In this document: positions 9,100 to 16,508 of the stretch, in pieces
Layout of the letters: the number at the start of each line of letters is the position of its first letter
Numbering within the stretch: position 1 is the first letter of the stretch
Origin: Pseudomonas aeruginosa
GTDB lineage: Bacteria; Pseudomonadota; Gammaproteobacteria; Pseudomonadales; Pseudomonadaceae
Direction: 5' to 3'
Length of the DNA: 32,000 bases
NCBI RefSeq assembly: GCF_001457615.1
Contig: NZ_LN831024.1
Span: 4,770,001 to 4,802,000 of the forward strand
Position numbers and translations under genes: made by a program
The notes under the pieces: generated by a model
The model's database searches: none
What the model saw: only the letters and a program-made list of their open reading frames with translations
Told to the model about the DNA's origin: nothing

Positions 9100-9525
9100 C
9101 TAGCGTCCAGGCATGAGGCGAATCCGCAGTTCGATCGGCTGCGGCATGTGTTCCGGCGGCGGCAGGCGCAACGAACGGTCCATCAGCGCGCGCCGCAGTT
9201 CATTCTCGATCGGCTCGGCGTCGCTGCGCAGGCAGGCGAGACGGACGATCCAGCCGCGTTCGTCGAGCCAGACCCGCAGGTCGATGTCGGTATTCGGCAA
9301 CTGCCCCGCCGCGCGCCGCGACTCCAGGAAGGCCAGCAGCCGCGGCGCGGTTTCGGCGTCTTCGCCCAGGCGCTGCTGGACCTGCTCGCCGAGCCATGCG
9401 GCATAGGCGCCCCAGAGCCGCTGGCGTTCGTCGCGGAACCGCTCGGGCTCGCCGAACAGCCAGCTGCGCAGGTGCCGCCAGCGGCTCGCGCGCGGCCCAC
9501 GCCTGGCCTCCGGGATGCCGTCCAT
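9100..9525 (-). CDS. Small protein with a TonB C-terminal-like domain
   Basis: 141 aa MDGIPEARRGPRASRWRHLRSWLFGEPERF...NTDIDLRVWLDERGWIVRLACLRSDAEPIENELRRALMDRSLRLPPPEHMPQPIELRIRLMPGR. Coupled to the upstream gene by TGATG (TGA 9527-9525, ATG 9525-9523). Confidence 0.75.
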   Translation of the reverse strand: MDGIPEARRGPRASRWRHLRSWLFGEPERFRDERQRLWGAYAAWLGEQVQQRLGEDAETAPRLLAFLESRRAAGQLPNTDIDLRVWLDERGWIVRLACLRSDAEPIENELRRALMDRSLRLPPPEHMPQPIELRIRLMPGR

Positions 9526-10505
9526 CAGTGCAGTTCCGCCAGGGTCTTGCCGAGCAACGCGCCGTCGATGCTCAGGGTAGCGTTGTTCACCAGGCCATCC
9601 AGGTAGGCCTTGGCTATCTGCTCCTGGCGTTGCGCGCGCAGGCTTTCGCGCAGGCGACCACGGACCTCGTCGAGGGTGGCGAGGCGGGCGTCGCGACGCT
9701 CGGTCAGCTTGACCAGGTGGAAACCGTTGGCGCCCTGGATCGGCTCGGACACCGCGCCGACCTTTAGCCGTTCCAGCGCCGGACGGATCGCCGGCAGCAG
9801 TTGCGCCTGCGCCAGTAACCCACCGATGTCGCCGCCGTTGCGGGCGGTCTGCGGGTCGTCGGAATGCTTGCGCGCCAGTTCGGCGAAGTCGCCGTCCGCG
9901 GCCTGCCGGTAGAGTTCCTGAGCGCGCTTGCGCGCTTCGGCAAGCCCGCCGGCCGCAGAGGCGGCGATGAAGATCTGGCTGACCCGGTACAGCGCCGGTA
10001 CAGCCAGTTGCGCCTTGTTCGCCTGGTAGGCGGCCTGCAGTTCGGCATCGCTGGGGTAGTCCTCGGGCACCGTGCTCACCGACTCCAGGTAGGTACGCAG
10101 GACGATCTGCCGCGCCGCCGCATCGATCAGCGTCTTCACCTGCGGACGCTGTTGCCAGTCCTGGGCGCTGGCCTGTTCGTAGAGCGCCTTCTCGGCGAGC
10201 CGCGCACGCATCCAGCGTTCCAGTGCGTCGCGGTTCTCGCTCAACTGCGCGCGGGTTTCCGCCGGCACCTCGGCCAGCAGCGCCTTCAGTTCGTCCGGCG
10301 CCACCTGCAAGGCGCCGAGGCGGGCCACCGCGGGTTCCGCGGCGGCGCTGGCAGATGGCTTGGCAAGCGCGGCCTGGGCCTGGCCCGCGCCGCCGTCCTC
10401 GCGCTGGCCACAGCCGGCGAGAACGGCAAGCGCGAACGCCAGGACGCCGCAACGAAATGCCGGCCGCATCGGCTCAGGCCTCGCCATCGACGGGTTGACC
10501 GGCAT
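9525..10505 (-). CDS. PpiC/SurA-like peptidyl-prolyl cis-trans isomerase, predicted lipoprotein
   Basis: 326 aa. Signal and lipobox MRPAFRCGVLAFALAVLAGCGQ; rotamase-like segment VPALYRVSQIFIAASAAGGLAEARKRAQELYRQAADGDFAELARKHSDDPQTARNGGDIGGL...VGAVSEPIQGANGFHLVKLTER. The true start may be 10487 or 10469. Confidence 0.88.
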   Translation of the reverse strand: MPVNPSMARPEPMRPAFRCGVLAFALAVLAGCGQREDGGAGQAQAALAKPSASAAAEPAVARLGALQVAPDELKALLAEVPAETRAQLSENRDALERWMRARLAEKALYEQASAQDWQQRPQVKTLIDAAARQIVLRTYLESVSTVPEDYPSDAELQAAYQANKAQLAVPALYRVSQIFIAASAAGGLAEARKRAQELYRQAADGDFAELARKHSDDPQTARNGGDIGGLLAQAQLLPAIRPALERLKVGAVSEPIQGANGFHLVKLTERRDARLATLDEVRGRLRESLRAQRQEQIAKAYLDGLVNNATLSIDGALLGKTLAELH

Positions 10506-10953
10506 CCTGCGCCATGCCCTGCTGCTCCGCGGCCAGGCGGCTGTAGTCGCGCAGATAGGCGATGAACTCCTGCAGCAGGCGATCCCACAGTTCGATATGG
10601 CTACGCAGGTTGGCCGGGCTGACGCCGCCGGCGACGATCACGTCCATTTCCATCACCAGGAACTCGCCCTGCTGCGACAGGCGGCCGAAGCGCCGGCTGA
10701 GATTCCAGCGCTCGGTCAGCCCGGCGGGCAATTCGCCCTGCACGCGCAGGGCGCAGCTGAAGGTGAAGTCGAGGTAGCTCGCCGGCGTCGCCGCCGGATT
10801 GCCGAAGCGCACCGCGTAGCCGATTCCCTGGCTGGCACTGAGCAGTTGCACGACGCCGTTCTGCTCGCTGCGGTTGACCCGGTAGCCGGCGTCCTGCAAG
10901 GCCTCGGTCAGGCTGTCGACGGAAAGGTGTTCGATCAGGGTGATGTCGTTCAT
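10474..10953 (-). CDS. YbjN-domain-like protein
   Basis: 159 aa MNDITLIEHLSVDSLTEALQDAGYRVNRSEQNGVVQLLSASQGIGYAVRFGNPAATPASYLDFTFSCALRV...; resembles YbjN/T3SS-chaperone-fold bacterial sensory proteins. Confidence 0.7.
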   Translation of the reverse strand: MNDITLIEHLSVDSLTEALQDAGYRVNRSEQNGVVQLLSASQGIGYAVRFGNPAATPASYLDFTFSCALRVQGELPAGLTERWNLSRRFGRLSQQGEFLVMEMDVIVAGGVSPANLRSHIELWDRLLQEFIAYLRDYSRLAAEQQGMAQDAGQPVDGEA

Positions 10954-10981
10954 ATCCGGGTTCCTGGTTTGCTGTCGGATT

Positions 10982-11659
10982 TCACTGGGCGAGCGCCGCC
11001 TGGCGGTTCTCGACCTGGGTCTTGTAGAGGTCGTCGCCGAGCTTCTGCGCCATCTCTTCGAATTTCACCCGCGCACCGCTGGCGAACGGTTGGCGGATCT
11101 TCATCACCTCGGCGACGCTGACGTTCTCGTAGGCGCCGAGGATCTCCTTGGCCACGCCATACATCTCCCGATTCTTCGCGGTGCACTGCTGCAACTGCTG
11201 GTCGTGCTCGCGGAACGCCAGGTCGAGCTTCTGCCGCTCGGCCTCCTTGGCTCGCGCCATGACCAGCAACTCGTCGTAGGCCTGCTTGTACTTGCCCAGT
11301 TGCTCGTTGCTCGCCTCGACCATCTGCCGCGCCCGGTCGTGCAAGCCCTGTTGCTGGGCCGAGAGCTGCTCGGCCTGGCCCTTGGCCCGGGTCAGCTCGG
11401 CGCTCAGTTGCTTGACCTGGGCCAGCGCCGCATCGCGCTGGCTCTCCAGCGCAGCTTTCGCCGCGGCGGCCTGGGCCTGTTCGGTCTGCAGCACCTGGAG
11501 TTGCTGGGTGGTGCTGCGCAACTGGGTGCGCAGGCGTTCCTCCAGGCTGTCGGCGTAGGCCGCCTGGCTGGCGTAGGCGGCGAAGGCGGCCCCGGCGAGC
11601 AGCGCCTGGGCCCAGATCGGTAATGAGAAAGGTCGCGTGTTCATGGTCTGCCTCTTCAT
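10982..11659 (-). CDS. Periplasmic coiled-coil protein with signal peptide
   Basis: Start MKRQTMNTRPFSLPIWAQALLAGAAFAAYASQAAYA, then heptad-rich LEERLRTQLRSTTQQLQVLQTEQAQAAAAKAALESQRDAALAQVKQLSAEL... An alternative start is at 11644. Confidence 0.82.
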   Translation of the reverse strand: MKRQTMNTRPFSLPIWAQALLAGAAFAAYASQAAYADSLEERLRTQLRSTTQQLQVLQTEQAQAAAAKAALESQRDAALAQVKQLSAELTRAKGQAEQLSAQQQGLHDRARQMVEASNEQLGKYKQAYDELLVMARAKEAERQKLDLAFREHDQQLQQCTAKNREMYGVAKEILGAYENVSVAEVMKIRQPFASGARVKFEEMAQKLGDDLYKTQVENRQAALAQ

Positions 11660-11670
11660 GGTCTGCCTCG
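11641..11670. repeat. Two-copy 15-bp tandem repeat spanning the start codon region of the coiled-coil gene
   Basis: TCATGGTCTGCCTCT (11641-11655) followed by TCATGGTCTGCCTCG (11656-11670), 14/15 identical. Confidence 0.8.
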
Positions 11671-11678
11671 AGGAGCGC

Positions 11679-13385
11679 TCAGAAGCGCGTGTTGACCTCG
11701 AGTTGCAGGACGTCGATGGAGAACGGTGCGCCGTAGACCTCGTCGGAGCTGAGCCAGCGCGCGGTACCGTAGACGCGCTTGTCGAAGCCATAGCTGGCGC
11801 CGAGGATGTAGCCCTTGGCGTTGGTCCCGCCAAGGTGGAAGGTGGAATCGTTGAAACCGTCCGGCAGGGCATCCGGCTGGATGTACTTGTAGGCGGCGAA
11901 GACCTGCCAGTCGCCGGCGTCGCGCATGTCCAGGGCGTTGCCCAGGGTGAACTGGAGCATCCAGGCGTTCGCCCCGCTCTTGATGTCGCCGTCGGAGCCG
12001 AGGTTGTTGGCGATCTGCGCCACACCGCCGGCGCGCTTGCGCATGTCGCCCTCGTCGTAGCCCAGGTTGTGCACGTAGTTGCCGGCCACCCGCAGCTTGA
12101 AGTCGTTGGGTAGCTCGGCATCCCAGCCGAGGTTCAGGTCGAGCAGATTGAACTCCGAGGCCAGGCCGACGTACTGCGGGTTCGGCGTGTTCGCCGGGTC
12201 GGCCGGGTTGGGCACGATGTCGCGCAGGAGGAACACCGTGTTGCCCTTCTGCATGAAGGTCGGACGGCTGCCGTCGGTGTCACACTCCGGATCTCCGGCC
12301 CAGGGCCGGCAAGGGCTGGAACGCCGCCCTTCGATATCGTCGAAGCGGTAGTAGGCCAGCGCGCCGGTAAGGCTGTGCTGCGGGTTGATCTTCCAGGTGG
12401 CGCCCAGTTGCGCGCCGTAGAGCCACTTGTTGTCGCTGTCTTCCTTGTCGAAGCCGTTCGACGAGGCGGTGTCCGAGCTGTATTCCACGGGGAACGCGCC
12501 GACCGTGCCGAACAGCGCGACATCGCGGCTCAGCGGCTGGTTGAAGATCGCCGCCACGCCGTCGAAGTTGAGGTCGTTGGAATACAGCAGGTCGGTGGAC
12601 AGGAACGGATTGGCGATCCGCCCGCCGGTCAGGCTCAGGCGCTCGCTGGGCTTCCAGGTCAGGTAGCCCTGGTCGAGCCAGAGGTCCTTCTTGCCGAAGC
12701 CGCCGCCGAGGGTCTGGGTGGTCGACACCGGGTTGTTGTCCGAACCAGTGCCGATGCGGATGCCGGCGCTCCAGCTTTCCGACAGCGCCGCCTTGAGGCC
12801 GAAGCGCGCGCGCAGGCGCAGCAGGCTGTCGCGGTCCTCGCGGGTATTGAGCAGCGGCGGCAGGCCCGCGCTGGTATTCGGGTTGACGTCATAGGGACCG
12901 TCGTCGTTGAGTTCGGCGAAGTCGGTGATCTGGTTGCTGTTGCCGTTGCCGAAGGAGCGCGACTCGTAGCGCAAGCGCACGTCGCCGTCGAAGCTGATGC
13001 GCGAGGCCCAGTCCGGGAATGCGTTGGGCTGCGCCCAATTCTCCGCCTTGGCCTGGGTCATTACCTCGGCCTTCACTTCGTCGCGGATCTGGTCGCGCAC
13101 CACCTGCGGGATATAGGGTACGCGGACCTCCCCGGGGACAGCGGCAACGGCCGCCGCGGGCGCCACGGCCTGGCGCGCCTGCTGGGCCTGCTGCGCCTCG
13201 GCCTCGGCCTGCCTGACCAGCGCATCGGCCTGTTCCTTCTTCAACACGCCCTGCTGTACCAGCAGGCGGATCAGGTTGATCGTGGCGTTCTCCGAGGGCG
13301 CCGGCGGCTGGGCCTGCGCCTGGCCGGCCAGCGCGGCGAGCATGACGCCCATCCCCAGCGCCAGTCGGTTCACTTTCGCGTTCAT
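11679..13385 (-). CDS. Putative outer-membrane porin (beta-barrel)
   Basis: 568 aa from ATG 13385: signal peptide MNAKVNRLALGMGVMLAALAGQAQA, short coiled-coil (LLVQQGVLKKEQADALVRQAEAEAQQ), then alternating beta-strand pattern ending ...SIDVLQLEVNTRF with a terminal Phe. Confidence 0.87.
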   Translation of the reverse strand: MNAKVNRLALGMGVMLAALAGQAQAQPPAPSENATINLIRLLVQQGVLKKEQADALVRQAEAEAQQAQQARQAVAPAAAVAAVPGEVRVPYIPQVVRDQIRDEVKAEVMTQAKAENWAQPNAFPDWASRISFDGDVRLRYESRSFGNGNSNQITDFAELNDDGPYDVNPNTSAGLPPLLNTREDRDSLLRLRARFGLKAALSESWSAGIRIGTGSDNNPVSTTQTLGGGFGKKDLWLDQGYLTWKPSERLSLTGGRIANPFLSTDLLYSNDLNFDGVAAIFNQPLSRDVALFGTVGAFPVEYSSDTASSNGFDKEDSDNKWLYGAQLGATWKINPQHSLTGALAYYRFDDIEGRRSSPCRPWAGDPECDTDGSRPTFMQKGNTVFLLRDIVPNPADPANTPNPQYVGLASEFNLLDLNLGWDAELPNDFKLRVAGNYVHNLGYDEGDMRKRAGGVAQIANNLGSDGDIKSGANAWMLQFTLGNALDMRDAGDWQVFAAYKYIQPDALPDGFNDSTFHLGGTNAKGYILGASYGFDKRVYGTARWLSSDEVYGAPFSIDVLQLEVNTRF

Positions 13386-13452
13386 CTGTGTACGGCTCCT
13401 AAGGTCCTTCAAGGCAGTCGCCTGCCGGAAATCGTTCTGGGTTGGCGTCTTC

Positions 13453-14199
13453 TCATCCCGGCCGCTTGCCCTGCAGGGCGATGCGCACCGGCAGGGTCAG
13501 CGAAGCCGGCGGGCGTTCTTCCAGGCGGCCGACGGCGCGCAGCGCGGCCAGCACCTTCTGGTCGGTCTCGGGGTCGCCGCTGGAGCGGGTCAGTTCGGCC
13601 CGGGTGATATCCCCCGAGGAACTCAGCCAGATCTCCGCCTGCAGGCGGAACGCCAGGTTGCGCAGCTCCGGGTTGTCCCGCAGCAGGCGCTGGAAGGCGT
13701 AGGCCAGGTACTGGCTATAGCTGGCGTTGCCGGCGCGACCGCTGCCGGAACCGGCCATCCCGCCGCCCTTGCCGGCGCCGATGTTGAAAGCGTCGGAGCC
13801 GGACTGGGCGTCGCCATCCATCTGCATCGGGTCGGCCAGGTCGTCGGCCGGCGACGGCGGCGCTTCCTCCTGCGGCTTGACCTCCTCCAGTTCGGGTTGC
13901 GGTTCCGGCTCGACGATCTTTTCCTCTTCCACCGGCTGCTCCGGTTCCGGCGGTTTTTCCGGCGGCGGCGGAGGCGGTGGCGGCAGCGGGATGATCGCCG
14001 GCACCTTGGGCGCCTCGCGGCGCACGCCGCTCATGTCGTTGGCCCACTCCCAGACCAGCCAGGCGAGGCCGGCGAACAGCAGCGCGCCGAGGCCCCACTT
14101 GAGGTAGCGCAGGGTCGGGTTCGCCGGGCGGCCGTCGATGGACAGCGGCGCGGCATTTTTCGGCTCGGGGGTGTGCTTGGGATCGGCGGACATGTTCAT
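13453..14199 (-). CDS. TonB-like energy transducer
   Basis: 248 aa with single N-terminal TM (YLKWGLGALLFAGLAWLVWEWA), proline/glutamate-rich linker (PLPPPPPPPPEKPPEPEQPVEEEKIVEPEPQPELEE) and a TonB-C-like domain (FRLQAEIWLSSSGDITRAELTRSSGDPETDQKVLAALRAV). Adjacent to ExbB/ExbD-like genes. Confidence 0.88.
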   Translation of the reverse strand: MNMSADPKHTPEPKNAAPLSIDGRPANPTLRYLKWGLGALLFAGLAWLVWEWANDMSGVRREAPKVPAIIPLPPPPPPPPEKPPEPEQPVEEEKIVEPEPQPELEEVKPQEEAPPSPADDLADPMQMDGDAQSGSDAFNIGAGKGGGMAGSGSGRAGNASYSQYLAYAFQRLLRDNPELRNLAFRLQAEIWLSSSGDITRAELTRSSGDPETDQKVLAALRAVGRLEERPPASLTLPVRIALQGKRPG

Positions 14200-14207
14200 C
14201 CCGGGCC

Positions 14208-14627
14208 TCAGGTCGGTTTGCCGGTGACCAGGCCGACCTGGGACAGCTCCAGGCGGCGCAGCAGGTCGAGGACCTCGATGACCTTCTGGTACTGCACCGT
14301 GGCGTCGCCGCGGACCACTACCGGGAAGTCGGGGTTGAGGGCCTTCTCCGTACGCAGGCGGTCCTCCAGCTCGGGCAGGGTCACCGGGTAGGCGTCGAGG
14401 AACACCTGGCCGGCGTCGTTCACCGAGATCGCCTTGGTCTTGGGCTGCGACAGCGCCACGGTGGCACTGGCCTTCGGCAGGTTGATCTGGATCCCGGCGA
14501 CCTGGGCGGTGGCGGTGAGGATGAACATCACCAGCACCACCATCAGCACGTCCACCAGCGGGGTGATGTTGATGCTGTCGACGGCGCCGTCGTCGTCATC
14601 GTCGTGGCTGCTGTTCACGGAAGCCAT
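14208..14627 (-). CDS. exbD2: ExbD/TolR-family biopolymer transport protein
   Basis: 139 aa MASVNSSHDDDDDGAVDSINITPLVDVLMVVLVMFILTATAQVAGIQINLPKASA...; canonical INITPLVDVLMVVLVMF with TM Asp. Confidence 0.93.
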   Translation of the reverse strand: MASVNSSHDDDDDGAVDSINITPLVDVLMVVLVMFILTATAQVAGIQINLPKASATVALSQPKTKAISVNDAGQVFLDAYPVTLPELEDRLRTEKALNPDFPVVVRGDATVQYQKVIEVLDLLRRLELSQVGLVTGKPT

Positions 14628-14637
14628 GGCGTTCTCC

Positions 14638-16485
14638 TCAGGCCGGCAACGGCTGGCCGTTGCGACGATGGGCCACTTCGCTGAGCTGGCTTTCGCCATG
14701 CACCTCGGCGAGGCGGGTGACGAACTCGTCGACGAACACCCGCATGTCCGCGCTGACTTCCTTGTTCCGCGTGACCAGGCGGTTGTAGCCGAACAACGCG
14801 GGGATCGCGACGAACAGGCCCATGGCCGTGGCCAGCAGGGCGGCGGCCATGCCCGGGGCGATGGCATTGATGTTGACGTCGCCGGCCATGGCAGTGCCGA
14901 GGAACACCACCATGATCCCCAGCACGGTGCCGAGCAGGCCGATGTAGGGGCCGCCGGCGATGGCGTTGGACAGGCTCGACAGGCGCGAGCCGAGCTGCTG
15001 GTTCTCCTTGATGCGCACGCCGTCCATGGAGGCGCGGATCGCCTCGATGGTGGCCGCGGAGACGGAAGAGGTGTCGGCGCCCTGCTCGCGGCGGGTGCGG
15101 ATCTCCTTCACCGCCACCTGGTACAGGCGCCACAGCGAGGAGTGTTGCAGGCGGGCGGCCAGCTCGCGGTCGTCGGCGAGCAGTTCCAGGCGCGTGCCGA
15201 CCTCGGCGAAGCGCTCGCGGAACAGCCCGTTGGCGCGACTGACACGGCCGACGTTCTGGTTCTTGCGGTACATGATGACCCACGACTGGACCATCATCAG
15301 CGCCAGGATCGCGATGATCACCCAGGCATCCAGCGGCACTGCGTTGAGCAGGAAGCCGAGCTTGCCGAAGCCGAAGCCGGACTGCTTCTCGTCGACCCCG
15401 TAGGCCACCAGGCGCGACTCGGCGCCCTGGGCGGTGGCGTCGGCGAGGAGCAGCGCCGCCGGGCGGGCGATCTTCGACAGGCGCAACTCGTCGATGGCGC
15501 CCTGGAAGGGTTGCAGGGTCGGCGCCGCGGCGCTCGCCTCACCTTCCCCGCTTGCCGCTTCGGTGGCGACCGCAGGCGCGGCCTGGCCTTCCGCGCCGAT
15601 GGCGATCGCACCGCTGAACGCCGGCAGCGCCGCCGCCAGGCTGGCGACTTCGCGCCCCCCGAGATACAGCGCCAGCCGGGTACCGTCGGCGACCAGCGCC
15701 AGATGCTGCCATTGCCCCTGCGCCAGGGCCTGGCTGGCGGCAGCGCGCTGACCGTTCAGCTCGACGAAGGGCGCGCCCTGGGCCAGGCCGACCAACAGGG
15801 CGTTGCCGCCTTCGCGGCGCGACAGCAGGACCTGTTCACCGGCCAGTTGGTCGGGACGCACCCAGCCGCTGAAGCTGAAGGTGCCACCGGCGCTCACCGC
15901 CAGCGATGGGCTGGCCGGCAGCAGCAGCGGCTGGCCCAGCAGTTGCGCGGAGCGACCGATGACGCCCTCCACCGGACTGCCGGCGGCGGTCTGCGCATTG
16001 TTGGCGTAGGCGGTGGAGTCCCGCGGCGGAGTGCCCGGCGCACCGTCGAAGCGATAGACCAGGGTGTAGTCCGGGTCGAACACCGACTGGCCGTTGCCGC
16101 TCTCCGGCGCCTTGGCGTTGCCGTAGTACATCCAGATGTCCTGGCGCTGGCCACCCTCCACCCGCGGCACGTCGACCCAGATCAGGGCCATGCCCATCAG
16201 CGGGTCGAAGCTCTCGACCTGGTGGCGCAACACGGTCTTGTCGTCGGCGGCGACGAAGCGGATGTCCGAGCCGTTCTCGTTGACCCCGTCGAAGGTGAAG
16301 TTGCCGGTATGCAGGCGCACCAGCAACGGCAGGCGACCGAGACTCTCGTTGATCGCCGCGCCTTGCGGGGTGGTATCGACCGAGACCTGCTTGCGGTACT
16401 GCCAGTCGTCCTGCCACCAGGCACTGGCGCTGGCCGGGGCCAGCAGGCCCAGGCAGATCAGCGATGTCAGCAATAAGCGATACAT
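14638..16485 (-). CDS. exbB2: ExbB/MotA/TolQ proton-channel protein with N-terminal DUF2341 + LamG/ConA-like periplasmic region
   Basis: 615 aa. Signal peptide; WWQDDWQYRKQVSVDTTPQGAAI...LPLLVRLHTGNF (DUF2341-like); GTFSFSGWVRPDQL...GQWQHLALVADGTRLALYLGG (LamG-like); C-terminal ExbB region SNAIAGGPYIGLLGTVLGIMVVFLGTAMAGDVNINAIAPGMAAALLATAMGLFVAIPALFGYN. Confidence 0.92.
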   Translation of the reverse strand: MYRLLLTSLICLGLLAPASASAWWQDDWQYRKQVSVDTTPQGAAINESLGRLPLLVRLHTGNFTFDGVNENGSDIRFVAADDKTVLRHQVESFDPLMGMALIWVDVPRVEGGQRQDIWMYYGNAKAPESGNGQSVFDPDYTLVYRFDGAPGTPPRDSTAYANNAQTAAGSPVEGVIGRSAQLLGQPLLLPASPSLAVSAGGTFSFSGWVRPDQLAGEQVLLSRREGGNALLVGLAQGAPFVELNGQRAAASQALAQGQWQHLALVADGTRLALYLGGREVASLAAALPAFSGAIAIGAEGQAAPAVATEAASGEGEASAAAPTLQPFQGAIDELRLSKIARPAALLLADATAQGAESRLVAYGVDEKQSGFGFGKLGFLLNAVPLDAWVIIAILALMMVQSWVIMYRKNQNVGRVSRANGLFRERFAEVGTRLELLADDRELAARLQHSSLWRLYQVAVKEIRTRREQGADTSSVSAATIEAIRASMDGVRIKENQQLGSRLSSLSNAIAGGPYIGLLGTVLGIMVVFLGTAMAGDVNINAIAPGMAAALLATAMGLFVAIPALFGYNRLVTRNKEVSADMRVFVDEFVTRLAEVHGESQLSEVAHRRNGQPLPA

Positions 16486-16508
16486 GTGGGGTTACTCCGG
16501 GGTCAGCG

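Noticed and set aside
11679-13607. Long plus-strand frame opposite the porin (12375-13607)
   Set aside because: The minus-strand porin has a signal peptide, a beta-barrel pattern and a C-terminal Phe. The plus frame looks like a GC-driven shadow ORF.
14434-16476. 680-aa plus-strand ORF opposite exbB2 and exbD2
   Set aside because: Antisense artefact: the minus strand encodes clearly recognisable ExbB- and ExbD-like proteins, and this frame has no family signature.
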